Assembly: GCA_050916045.1 (NCBI GenBank)
Contig: CP051526.1
Span: 2,496,001-2,560,000 of the forward strand
Origin: Tepidisphaera sp.
GTDB lineage: Bacteria; Planctomycetota; Phycisphaerae; Phycisphaerales; UBA1924
Length of the DNA stretch: 64,000 bases
Reading direction: 5' to 3'
This document shows, in pieces, positions 50,801 through 59,737 of the stretch; within the stretch, counting starts at the first letter, position 1; every line of letters starts with the position of its first letter. The notes beneath the pieces were generated by a model. The model was not told the DNA's origin, made no database searches, and saw only the letters and a program-made list of their open reading frames with translations. A program made the translations under genes and the position numbers.

Positions 50801-51161
50801 GAGCTTCCAGCGTGCCGATGGGAAGAACCCGGTCATGCTCGTCTCGCTCAAAGCCGGCGGCGTCGGCCTCAACCTCACCGCCGCGACGCACGTCTTCCAC
50901 TTTGACCGCTGGTGGAACCCCGCCGTCGAGAACCAGGCGACCGACCGCGCCTATCGCATCGGGCAGACGCGCACAGTGCAGGTCCACAAGTTCGTCGTCA
51001 AGGGAACGCTCGAGGAACGCATCGACCAGATGATCGAGCAGAAGACCGAGCTTGCCGACAAGATCATCGGCGCGGGCGAGAACTGGCTGACCGAACTCGA
51101 CACCGACCAGCTCCGCGACCTGCTCACCCTCCGCAACGACATGATTCTCGACGAAGCGTAA
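47865..51161 (+). CDS. SNF2/Swi2 family helicase (DUF3670-type N-terminus)
   Basis: LRPYQ, LADDMGLGKT, DEAQ, TGTPVENRL, KAGGVGLNL, WWNPAVENQATDRAYRIGQ. Confidence 0.95.
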   Translation: MIHAVWTEGTLCLWAEDARTTSRTAPAAPASGRMPSHPFAVPSDQLVSLLPAGVEGEPVVVTLAIPAVDGIPELSPNAQTLTGNAAPAAAPASKSGRSPVDGDPLDDLEVPVESSDEPVEEALPEFVPPKIGRFDVPALRLAPVQVPTVLEHLADLADRASEGKAVARVGSSVDFYSAVTRTSLALIAEQRFVPVLRQSIEGATTAGWQPWLSDGKAIERVSALVAAMPGEARAAVDRNGHRPWAIVEDCMCRLTDAWARRALISESFYDAVAEKDPAKDQPVAMLRALLAEQQDVPGTPAVRQEMLRRVRQWLSVLEERGASSLWRLLFRVSEPIFKSSTDEDSAPWSLSFHLQSQDVSTLIVDAADVWGLPGDSLTVMGRRIDQPQDLILGELGRASRIYKRLEKALDESEPVDLNLNTKQAYEFLREVAPLLKEQGFGIQSPDWWDSPLTRLGARLRVESDEAPPAFGGPAGGSGARPAQIGLGALVKYRWEIALGETTLTLEEFEHLAKKNSPLVRVNGRWVEIRPEDVQAAIKFMRENQSGEMSVGDALRVAYGTDLRDTGIPIVGLEATGWVSSLMNAEAAHKHLTNVEPPKSFHGTLRPYQLKGLSWLVFLERMGLSMCLADDMGLGKTIQLLALLAMEREAPPDAPPEVVAAAASVKPTLLIVPMSVVGNWMHETKRFCPHLRVLVHHGPERKLGDVFRQAVAESDLIITTYTLAHRDREMFQSIEWGRIVLDEAQYIKNAVAKQSQAVRGIPAQRRVALTGTPVENRLSELWSILDFLNPGYLGTAHGFRTRFSIPIERYRDKSKADQLRGLIRPFILRRLKSDPTVVADLPAKVETREFAPLTSEQAELYETCVRRMLAEVENAEGIQRRGMVLSGLIRLKQICNHPSQLLKDWTPDTGRPPAPGRSGKCIRLLEMMEEIVGEGDCSLIFTQFRQMGTILQSMLSHHLGRNVLFLHGGTPQLQRVKMVESFQRADGKNPVMLVSLKAGGVGLNLTAATHVFHFDRWWNPAVENQATDRAYRIGQTRTVQVHKFVVKGTLEERIDQMIEQKTELADKIIGAGENWLTELDTDQLRDLLTLRNDMILDEA

Positions 51162-51187
51162 AAGCAAGAAAGACCCGACCAACACAC

Positions 51188-52375
51188 GTGGCAACCTACA
51201 ACCCCAACTTCCAGCGCCGGCCAGACCCCGCACCGAGACTGCACCCCAAGAAGGTGCGGAGCGGCATCAAACTGACCGAGGGCGTCGGCGGGGTGCTCCC
51301 CTGGTCGAGCAGTTGGGCCGCGCAGCGATGGATCCGCATCGTCGAGTCTGTCGACGACGGGCAGAACCTCGTCGAAGGCCTCAACTACGCCAAGATCGGC
51401 CAGACCAAGACCCTCACCGCCGATGGGGGCGGCATCTCCGCCTCGATCCAAGGCCGATCCGACCGCCCATACACCGTCTCGATCGGGTTTGAGACCTTCG
51501 GCGATGAACAGTGGCACAAGATCATCAAAGCCATGTCCGAGGGCGCCGTGTACTCGGCCAAGCTGCTCTCGGGCGAGCTTCCCACCAACATCGACGACCT
51601 CTTCATCCCGCTTGGCCTCAAGCTCTTCCCCACGGAGGTGAGCGAGCTCAAGGTCAGCTGCACCTGCCGCAAGATCTGGGCCGCCGCGACGGCGCACCTT
51701 CAGAACCAAGGCCAGCCGCCCGCCGCGAGCGGGCCCGAGGACGCCGCGCCGGGCGAAGAGGCCGCCGCTCCCCCTTCTGCCCCACTTTCTGCTCCACCTT
51801 CTGCTCCCCCTCCACCACCGCCCGCCCCTCCGCTCCCTGCCGCCGCGGTCGCGGCGGCGGCCGCGGCGGAGTCCGACACGGGTGACCGCTGGTGCAAGCA
51901 CGCGTGCTGCGCGGCGTATCTCTTTGCCGAGCGCCTCACGACCGATCCTTTCCTGATGTTCCGCTTGCGGGGCATGCCGGGTGTGGAGCTTCTCGACCGG
52001 CTGCGTCACATGCGCTCGGTGGGCCAGCAGGGCGCGGGCTTGTACGTCGGCCGCGTGCCGGGCGTGTCGGATGTCGAATCGCCCGAGCTTGACGCGGTGG
52101 TGGAATCGTTCTGGGAGATGGGCCCGCAGCTTGCCGAGCTCGACATGACGATCGCCGCTCCGCCGATCACCCACCCGCTGCTCCGTCGACTCGGGCCAAG
52201 CCCCTTCGGCACGTCGACCTTCCCCCTCGTGGGCCTGCTCGCGTCGTGCTACGACTCAATCAGCGCCGACACGCTCAAACGGGCGGAGGAGTTCGCCTCG
52301 GGCGATGAGACGCTGAGCGGCGATGGCGAGGACTCAAGCGAATCCGCCGGCGACGACGACCATCCCGAGGGGTGA
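51188..52375 (+). CDS. SWIM zinc finger protein (SNF2 partner)
   Basis: WAAQRW, ASIQG..DRPY, LFP...CTC...CKH, DPFLMFRLRG. Confidence 0.8.
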   Translation: MATYNPNFQRRPDPAPRLHPKKVRSGIKLTEGVGGVLPWSSSWAAQRWIRIVESVDDGQNLVEGLNYAKIGQTKTLTADGGGISASIQGRSDRPYTVSIGFETFGDEQWHKIIKAMSEGAVYSAKLLSGELPTNIDDLFIPLGLKLFPTEVSELKVSCTCRKIWAAATAHLQNQGQPPAASGPEDAAPGEEAAAPPSAPLSAPPSAPPPPPPAPPLPAAAVAAAAAAESDTGDRWCKHACCAAYLFAERLTTDPFLMFRLRGMPGVELLDRLRHMRSVGQQGAGLYVGRVPGVSDVESPELDAVVESFWEMGPQLAELDMTIAAPPITHPLLRRLGPSPFGTSTFPLVGLLASCYDSISADTLKRAEEFASGDETLSGDGEDSSESAGDDDHPEG

Positions 52376-52420
52376 TTCGGCTGCGACCAAGCCAGCCCGA
52401 CACACGCGCCAGCAAGAGAC

Positions 52421-52993
52421 ATGCTCGTGAACGACCCAGCCCTGAGAATCACGGATCGGCACGTCTTCTTCTGGGGCGGCTGGCCGTCCCAGTGGCACAA
52501 GTCCAAGTTCGTCATCGACCGCGTCCGCTACAACTGCTGCGAGTAGTACATGATGGCGGAGAAGGCGAGACTCTTCGGCGACCGCGATGCAGAGCGAGAC
52601 ATTCTCCGCGAGCACGATCCCCGCAAGCAGAAGGCTCTCGGTCGCGAGGTGCGGCGATTCGACGAGGAATCATGGCGGAGCGTGTGCCGAGCGATCGTCT
52701 ACTCCGCAAACCTTGCGAAGTTCGAACAGAACGCCGATCTGCGAGAGCTCCTGATCAAGACCTCGCCCCGCACCCTTGTGGAAGCGAGCCCATCGGACTC
52801 CATCTGGGGCATCGGTCTCGCAAAGGACGATCCGCGGGCGGACCAGCCCGAGCAATGGCCCGGCACGAACTGGCTTGGGATCGCGCTCGTGCAGGTCCGT
52901 GAGACATTGGAAGCAAGGGACGCGGGGCGAACCTACGAACTCGACCAATCGCTCGCCGCTCAGAAGCAAGCTCTGAATCGCATGCGGCGCTAG
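52421..52993 (+). pseudogene. NADAR (YbiA-like) protein interrupted by in-frame TAG at 52544-52546
   Basis: FFWGGWPSQWH...YNCCE*YMMAEKARLFGD...KALGREVRRFD...LVEASPSDSIWGIG...GTNWLG. Confidence 0.85.
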
Positions 52994-54222
52994 GAGCACA
53001 TCGACGCAAGCAGCTCCGCGTTCCTCGCGCTCGCGCCCTGATTGGCTTTCACGCACGCGACGGCTCGTTCACCGAGTCCCGCTCTCCCGGCGGGATCGCG
53101 GAGAAGCGTCTCAAGGTCGGCTTGGACCCGTTCACGCGTGGTTCGCACGATCGCGCCCGCATGATCCATCGTGCGGACGATCGTCTCGAAATCCTTGACC
53201 GCGGGGCCGATCACGACCGGTTTGCCAAGCGCCGCGGGCTCGATGGGGTCGGACCCGTACAGCGAGCCGAAGCTCCGGCCCATGACGACGACATCGGCGA
53301 GGGCATACGCCTTTCGAAGCTCCCCGATCGTGTCGAGCAGGAATCGCGTGGTCCCCGATGCCGCGGCAATCTTTTTCGACCGCCGCACGCACCCGGGAAG
53401 ACTCGAAGCCGCCTGATCGAAGTGCTCCGGCTTGCGAGGTGCGCACAGAAGCTGCACCTCCGGCCCGATCGCCAGGCACGCGGCGTGCAGGATCGCTTCC
53501 TCATCCTCCGCCGTGCTCCCGGCGACGACGAGCGGCTTGGTCCGGTCGATCCCGAGTTCGCGAGCAAGGTCGTCCGCTCCCGGCACGCTCGTCGCGATCG
53601 TGGCCGAGTCCCACTTCATCGACCCGGTGATGCAGCAGCGCTCGCGGGGCACGCCCATCGCGACAAACCGCTCGAAGTACGCGTCGTCCTGGACAGCGGC
53701 GACGGTGAGGCGGGCGAAGGTGGGCCCGAGGATCCGCTTGAAACGCGAGTACCCGCGGAACGACCGCTCGCTCAGCCTGCCGTTGATCACCGCGACAGGG
53801 ATGCCCCGCTTCTCGCACGCCCGGACAAAGTTCGGCCAAAGCTCAAGCTCGACGAGCGCGACGATGTCGGGCTTCACCGCTTCGAGAAACCGAGCGACAC
53901 AGGACGAGAAATCGATGGGGTAGCGAACGATCGTCGCTTGGCTCGCGCCCGGCTTGCCGTAAAGCTCGCGGGCCCGTGCAATCCCGGTATCCGTGCCGAC
54001 AGAGATCACCAGATCCCAATCGGGCGTGAGGAGCGGGACCAGATGCCGCAGAGCCGCGACCTCCCCCACCGACACCGCGTGGAGCATGAGCCTCGGCCTG
54101 CCGCTTTTGGGAAGAGGATCCGCGAATCCGCGCCTCGCCCGCCAGTCCCCCCTCGTCTTCCGCATCCAGACCGGGGCCAGGACCGTCGCGCCGATCGTGT
54201 AGAGGAGGTCGAATGCGTTCAT
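52990..54222 (-). CDS. waaA: 3-deoxy-D-manno-octulosonic acid (Kdo) transferase
   Basis: HAVSVGE, ELELWPN, INGRLSERSF, AGST, APRKPE, DTIGEL, IEPAALG. Confidence 0.92.
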   Translation of the reverse strand: MNAFDLLYTIGATVLAPVWMRKTRGDWRARRGFADPLPKSGRPRLMLHAVSVGEVAALRHLVPLLTPDWDLVISVGTDTGIARARELYGKPGASQATIVRYPIDFSSCVARFLEAVKPDIVALVELELWPNFVRACEKRGIPVAVINGRLSERSFRGYSRFKRILGPTFARLTVAAVQDDAYFERFVAMGVPRERCCITGSMKWDSATIATSVPGADDLARELGIDRTKPLVVAGSTAEDEEAILHAACLAIGPEVQLLCAPRKPEHFDQAASSLPGCVRRSKKIAAASGTTRFLLDTIGELRKAYALADVVVMGRSFGSLYGSDPIEPAALGKPVVIGPAVKDFETIVRTMDHAGAIVRTTRERVQADLETLLRDPAGRAGLGERAVACVKANQGASARNAELLASMCS

Positions 54223-54269
54223 GGAAAGAAAGAAATCCGCGAACTGGCGCCGCCACGCGCGGCAGGAAA

Positions 54270-54342
54270 TGGGCAGACGGGGATTCGAACCCCGAACCCC
54301 TTGCGTGTAAAGCAAGTGCTCTAGCCGTTGAGCTATCCGCCC
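54270..54342 (-). tRNA. tRNA-Val(TAC)
   Basis: GGGCGGATAGCTCAACGGCTAGAGC A CTTGC TT TAC AC GCAAG...GGTTCGAATCC. Confidence 0.95.
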
Positions 54343-54429
54343 GGCGATCGATCATACGGCGACCGCCCTCGCCTAACGCACCCTCCGGAACGTTCCGGCC
54401 AACGAGTCGGGTGGGTAGAATGCGGACCT

Positions 54430-55854
54430 ATGGCCCACCACAAGTCCGCCGACCCCTCCATCTTCATCCTCCCCGACCTGGGCGAAGGCGTCCACGAAGC
54501 CGAACTCATCAAGTGGCGGGTCACGCCCGGCCAGACGGTCAAGGAGCACGACATCCTCGCCGAGATGGAGACCGACAAAGCCCTCGTCGAAGTGCCCAGC
54601 CCGCGGGCCGGAACCATCAAGCAGCTCCACGGCAGCGAGGGAGAGATTCTCCACGTCGGCAACGTTCTCGTGACCTACGAGGGCGGCACAGCGTCCGCCG
54701 CCAGCCCAGCCCCGAAGGAAGCTCCCGCGTCAAAGCCCGCTCCGGCGGCTTCCTCGAACGGATCCGCCGGATCGTCCTCGGCTGGTGAAGAACGCGAAGA
54801 CGCCGGCACCGTCGTCGGCATGATGAAGAAGGAAGAGGGCCCCGAGCCTGGCAAAGCCCTCGCCACGCCCGCCGTCCGCCGGCTGGCTCGCGACATGGGC
54901 GTCGACATCGACTCCGTCACCGGCACCGGCATCGGCGGCCGCGTCACCGAGAAGGACGTCCGTGGCCACCAAGCCCCGCAGCGCAAGCAGTCGGCGGCAT
55001 CCCCGGCGCCCGCCGCTCCCAAAGCCGCTCCGGCTCCCGCGCCGCGAGCCGCGTCCGCACCGGCTCCTCGTCCCGCCCCGGCCGAGACCAACTTCGCGGC
55101 GTCGCTCGCAGTCGGCTCCGCCGCGCCCGACGAGACCACCCGTGTCCCCTTCCGCGGCGTCCGCCGCACCATCGCCAATCGCCTTCGCGAGAGCATCGAG
55201 CAGGCCGTCCACTTCACCGTCATGGATGAAGCCGACGTCTCCGCACTGGACTCTCTCCGCAAGAAGCTCGGCGCCGCCAGCGGCGAAAAAGTCAGCTTCC
55301 TCCCCTTCGTCGCCGCCGCCGTCTGCCGCGTCCTGGGTCAGCCCCAGTTCCGCGCGATGAACGCCACCGTCGACGAAAAGCCCGGCGACGCGAGCGCCGA
55401 AGCCGCCATCATCCAGCACCGCAGCGTCCACCTCGGCATCGCCGCCGACACCGACAACGGCCTCATGGTCCCCGTCATCCGCGACTGCGACCGCCTCGGC
55501 GTCCTCCAGATCGGCCGCTCCATCGCCGCCATCGCCGACCAGGCCCGCACACGCTCCATCGCCCGCGAGAACCTCATCGGCGGCACCTTCACCATCAGCA
55601 ACGTCGGCAGCCACGCCGGCCGGTTCGCCACCCCGATCATCAACTACCCCGAGGTCGCCATCCTCGCCGTCGGCCGCGCCCGCCACGCCCCGGTCGTCCG
55701 CGGCGGCGGCATCTTCGTCGGCAACCTGCTCCCGCTTTCGCTCGCCTGCGACCATCGCGTCGTCGACGGAGCAACCGCGGCCCTCGCTTTGGCAGAGATC
55801 ATCAAGTTGCTCCAGGACCACCCCGACACCCTTCTGGGACCCGCCCGGGGCTGA
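54430..55854 (+). CDS. pdhC: 2-oxoacid dehydrogenase E2 dihydrolipoamide acyltransferase
   Basis: Lipoyl domain ETDKALVEVPSP, E3-binding ATPAVRRLARD, catalytic DHRVVDG. Confidence 0.92.
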   Translation: MAHHKSADPSIFILPDLGEGVHEAELIKWRVTPGQTVKEHDILAEMETDKALVEVPSPRAGTIKQLHGSEGEILHVGNVLVTYEGGTASAASPAPKEAPASKPAPAASSNGSAGSSSAGEEREDAGTVVGMMKKEEGPEPGKALATPAVRRLARDMGVDIDSVTGTGIGGRVTEKDVRGHQAPQRKQSAASPAPAAPKAAPAPAPRAASAPAPRPAPAETNFAASLAVGSAAPDETTRVPFRGVRRTIANRLRESIEQAVHFTVMDEADVSALDSLRKKLGAASGEKVSFLPFVAAAVCRVLGQPQFRAMNATVDEKPGDASAEAAIIQHRSVHLGIAADTDNGLMVPVIRDCDRLGVLQIGRSIAAIADQARTRSIARENLIGGTFTISNVGSHAGRFATPIINYPEVAILAVGRARHAPVVRGGGIFVGNLLPLSLACDHRVVDGATAALALAEIIKLLQDHPDTLLGPARG

Positions 55855-56045
55855 GCAACTGCGGACTGATCGATCACTGGCTCACATATGTGCCTCAGGC
55901 ACACTCACGGTGCTTTCGCAGTCGCCGAACCGAAATGGCGGTATGACGCCATTACGCAACCCGGTGCTTTCCCTAAGTTGAATGCCATGAACCTTGCGGA
56001 GCCGGATCGGCATGTATGCTGTCGGACAGCATCTGTGTCATTCCC

Positions 56046-56669
56046 ATGGCGGATCTTCCACTCACAACGACGAAACTTCTCGACCGCTTGCGGGCCTGTG
56101 CCGCGGGCGGCGTGAGCGTCGACACCGACACCGCGTGGGGCGAGATCGACGCCCGGTATCGCCCGGTCCTGCTCGGCTTCACGCGTTCACTCGGGCTTTC
56201 GCAGTCCGACGCGGAGGATGCGGCCCAGTGGGCGCTCGCCGAACTTTCCCGCGCGTTGAGCCAGGGCCAGTACGAGCGGGGCAAAGGGAGGCTTCGGTCG
56301 TGGGTGATGGGGATCGCCCGGCACCGCGTTCAGATGACCAAGCGAGCCGCCGCACGCCGGCGCGAGTCACCCCTGTCCGATCCGACACCGCTCGTCGAGA
56401 CGCCGGACGATGCCACACTCTCCGGAATCTGGGACCGAGAGATGGAACGGACCATCTTCGCCGAAGCATGGCGTCTGGTCCAGCCCCGCTTCGCGCCGGC
56501 GACGCTTCGGGCGTTCGAGCTCGTCGCCATGCGAGAATCCCCTGCGGAAGCCGCCGCCGACGAATGCGGCATGTCCGTTGAAAGCGTCTATGTCGCCAAA
56601 TCGCGCGTGACCAAGGCGCTCAAGGAACTCGCGACCGAACTCGCGTCGCGATACGCCGAAGACCAATAG
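56046..56669 (+). CDS. ECF RNA polymerase sigma factor (planctomycete kinase-associated type)
   Basis: TTTKLLDRL...AW...RY, DAEDAAQ, GRLRSW, CGMSVESVYVAKSRV. Confidence 0.88.
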   Translation: MADLPLTTTKLLDRLRACAAGGVSVDTDTAWGEIDARYRPVLLGFTRSLGLSQSDAEDAAQWALAELSRALSQGQYERGKGRLRSWVMGIARHRVQMTKRAAARRRESPLSDPTPLVETPDDATLSGIWDREMERTIFAEAWRLVQPRFAPATLRAFELVAMRESPAEAAADECGMSVESVYVAKSRVTKALKELATELASRYAEDQ

Positions 56670-56776
56670 CGCCACCCGATGCCCGAGGACCCTTTACGCC
56701 CATTCCCTCGTCACCAATCCCCGGTCCGACGACCCCCTGCCCGTCCGATGAGACGCTACTCGCCGTCGCCGGGGGG

Positions 56777-59683
56777 ATGCCCCTGGCACCCGCCCTCGCC
56801 GAGCACCTGGCCTCGTGCGTCCGCTGCCGCGGCATCCTCGAAACGCTCGACAGCGACGACCGCTTCACCCGTCGGTTCGCCATGATGATGCGGCCCGAAT
56901 CCGCGGCACGCCAGGCCGACGACCAAGCCCCGCCCGAGGTCCCGGGATACACGATCGAAAGCGAACTGGCTCGCGGCGGGCAGGGCGTCGTCTATCGCGC
57001 CGTCCAGCACGAAACCCACCGCCCGGTCGCCCTCAAAGCCATCCTCCGCGGCGTGCTCGCCTCGCAACGCGAAATCGCCCGATTCGAGCGCGAGGTGGAG
57101 ATCGCCGCCTCCCTCCGCCACCCCAACATCGTCACCGTGTTCGAGGCCCGCCTCCTCCCCGACGGCCGGCACGTTCTCGCGATGGATCTGGTCGAAGGGG
57201 TCCCCCTCTCCACCTGGGCCGCCGGCGTTCCCAAGGACCTTGCGGGCCTGCGAACTCGCCTCACGCTGATCCGCGACACCGCCCGAGCCGTGCAGTACGC
57301 CCACAGCAAGGGCGTCATCCACCGGGACCTCAAGCCCGGCAACATCCTCGTCGAACACGCCACGCACTCGCCCAAGATCCTTGATTTCGGCCTCGCACGC
57401 AGCTCCTTTGAGACCGACCCTGCCGCTCTCTCACCAAAGCCCGCCACGAAAGACCCGACGATGCTGGGCGGGCTCACGATGATCGGGGTCTTCCAGGGCA
57501 CCCCCGCCTACGCCGCCCCGGAACAGTTCGACGGCGAGCCCGGCCGCATCGACGTCCGAACCGACGTCTACGCCCTGGGCGTCATGCTCCACGAACTTCT
57601 CACCGGCCAGTGCCCCTTCGCCGATTCCAAAGATCAATTCACCCTCATCGCCTCGACCAAACGGATGAAGATGCTGCCCGAGCCCTCGGCCGTCGCGAAG
57701 GCCGACGGCCCTGCCGGGATATCGGGGATCGGCCACGACATCGACGCCGTCGTCGCCCGCGCCACCGCCCCCGCTCGCGACCAGCGATATCCCACCGCCG
57801 CCGCGTTCGCGGACGATCTGGACGCGCTGCTCGTCGGGGAGGCGGTGTCGGCGCGGAAGGGGCGGGGCTATCGAGCTTCCAAGTTCGCCCGCCGACATCG
57901 TCTGATCCTCATCGCGCTGTCGATCGTGATTTTCGCGAGCGCCGGCGGCATCCTCGCTTTGGTCTCGACCAAGGTCGCTCGTGAACGCGAGCAGTTTGAG
58001 CGTGCACGCTCTCGCACCGAGGGTGCCAAGGCCCAGGCCATCGCCCAGATCCTCCATGAACTGATCCCGCTCCACGAGACAAACCACACCGACCGACAGT
58101 CAGAGCAGCGGATCATTCTCGACCGCCTCAACAACACGCTCGGCAGCGGCGCGTTCGCGGCGCAGGACGAGGTACTCGTCGCGCTCCACACGATGCTCTC
58201 CCAAATCTACGCCGACAGGAGAGAGTTCGGCTTTTCCCACGTCAATCTCTCGCGGGCATTGCTCCTCACCAAGAAGGCCTTCGGCGATGAGCACCCCGAG
58301 ACGGCGACCGTGCTCGCACTCTACGCGGATGTACTGATCCAACGCGGCAGCTTCCCCGAAGCGCTCGGCCACGCGAACGAATCCCTCCGCATCCGCGCGA
58401 TGTATTTCGCGAACGACGAGGAGCCGGTCATTGCTTCTCGGTGTTTGCTCGCGCGTGTCCACCTCGCCAGCGGGCGCATCGCGGAAGCCGCCGTGGAGGC
58501 AGAGGCCGCGGCGAGGCTGATCGACACAAAGGGGTCGACCCTCGGGACCGTGCTTCACGCCCAGATTCTCCGCACGCTCTCCGAGGTTCGAGCCAAGCAG
58601 GACGATCCACTCCAAGCACGCAAACTCTCGATGCAATCGATAGAAGTACTCCTCAAACTGCTCCCCGACGAAGACCCGGAAATCACACGCGGGCTCCGTT
58701 CTCTCGCGACTGTCGATCCGTCCCGGCCCGACCTCGAAGCCCTCGCCGATGCCATCTCAACCTCACGCCCGACTTCGAGGCCGACCGATGTTTGGACGCG
58801 GTGGATCGCATTCAAGACGGAACTCCTCGGCAAGGACAGCGAGCGTGTCGCGCAGTCCTACCGCACCATGGGAAATGTGCTCCGCGATCGGTTGGAACTC
58901 CGGCCTGCCCTCGCGGCGTTCGACAACGCCATCGACATTTACACGCGAACGCGCGGGGATACCAGCCTGGCAGTCCTCGAGTGCCTGACCGATAAGTACC
59001 TGGTCTCCATTTACGCAACCACCGGTCCACGCGAGGAACCTCTGCAGGTCGCCAAACGCCGCCTCCACATCGCTCGAAATCTGAAAGAGCCTATCGAAGA
59101 CGTTTCGATCGCCAGCATTTGGCGTGAATATGCCCACGAACCCATATTCAATGGTCGACTCGATGAGGCCGAGGTTGAACTCAGAGCCGCCGCAGCGTTC
59201 GCAAGAGACCGTCTGATCTCGGGCATCGAGTGCTCGCGATGCCCCCTCATCCTTGCCCAACAGCGATACTACAAAGGAGACATCGCCGAAGCCCTCCTCG
59301 CGCAGCAGTCCTACGACGAAGCCTTCGCCGCCGACCCCAAGCACTACGAGATGCCCTGGAAGCGGATCGTCCTCGGTTGCTGCCTCGCCGCCAACGGAGA
59401 CCTTGATCGTGCGGAGCAGTTCATCTCCGCCGAGCACGCATGGATCTTTCTGCTCTCCTGGGGGCGCATCGGCGAAGCCGTGCCGCACATGATCCGCGAC
59501 ACCGCCGCCCGCTTCCGTGCCGCCGGACGAGAGGCTCCCGCCCTGATTCTCGAAGAGGCTCTCGCAGCGATCGACCCGCGCCCGCGGACGCTCGACGCCC
59601 CGCTCCCGCTTCAGGATTTCGCTCGACCAATGCCCCCCGGCACCCCGAAGGGTGCCGGAGGACGAGGAGTGCCCCAACCCTGA
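56777..59683 (+). CDS. Membrane Ser/Thr protein kinase with N-terminal zf-HC2-like finger and C-terminal TPRs
   Basis: HLASCVRC; GGQGVVY, VALK, HRDLKPGN, DFG, GTPAYAAPEQ; TM; TPR GDEHPET repeats; true start probably upstream. Confidence 0.92.
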   Translation: MPLAPALAEHLASCVRCRGILETLDSDDRFTRRFAMMMRPESAARQADDQAPPEVPGYTIESELARGGQGVVYRAVQHETHRPVALKAILRGVLASQREIARFEREVEIAASLRHPNIVTVFEARLLPDGRHVLAMDLVEGVPLSTWAAGVPKDLAGLRTRLTLIRDTARAVQYAHSKGVIHRDLKPGNILVEHATHSPKILDFGLARSSFETDPAALSPKPATKDPTMLGGLTMIGVFQGTPAYAAPEQFDGEPGRIDVRTDVYALGVMLHELLTGQCPFADSKDQFTLIASTKRMKMLPEPSAVAKADGPAGISGIGHDIDAVVARATAPARDQRYPTAAAFADDLDALLVGEAVSARKGRGYRASKFARRHRLILIALSIVIFASAGGILALVSTKVAREREQFERARSRTEGAKAQAIAQILHELIPLHETNHTDRQSEQRIILDRLNNTLGSGAFAAQDEVLVALHTMLSQIYADRREFGFSHVNLSRALLLTKKAFGDEHPETATVLALYADVLIQRGSFPEALGHANESLRIRAMYFANDEEPVIASRCLLARVHLASGRIAEAAVEAEAAARLIDTKGSTLGTVLHAQILRTLSEVRAKQDDPLQARKLSMQSIEVLLKLLPDEDPEITRGLRSLATVDPSRPDLEALADAISTSRPTSRPTDVWTRWIAFKTELLGKDSERVAQSYRTMGNVLRDRLELRPALAAFDNAIDIYTRTRGDTSLAVLECLTDKYLVSIYATTGPREEPLQVAKRRLHIARNLKEPIEDVSIASIWREYAHEPIFNGRLDEAEVELRAAAAFARDRLISGIECSRCPLILAQQRYYKGDIAEALLAQQSYDEAFAADPKHYEMPWKRIVLGCCLAANGDLDRAEQFISAEHAWIFLLSWGRIGEAVPHMIRDTAARFRAAGREAPALILEEALAAIDPRPRTLDAPLPLQDFARPMPPGTPKGAGGRGVPQP

Positions 59684-59737
59684 TCCCGCACCACCGACCC
59701 GAGACGCCGGGCTCTGGCGCGGAATCTCGTGCCCGAA

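Noticed and set aside
38320..52546. Alternative genetic code explaining both in-frame stops
   Set aside because: The stops differ (TAA and TAG), and both codons terminate many housekeeping genes normally
47865..52993. SNF2-SWIM-NADAR as a dedicated anti-phage system
   Set aside because: The SNF2-SWIM pair is a widespread conserved module with host-like codon usage; the NADAR link rests on adjacency alone and that gene is interrupted
34955..54342. tRNA-anchored genomic island or prophage at any of the five tRNAs
   Set aside because: No integrase, no duplicated tRNA 3' end noticed and no phage genes
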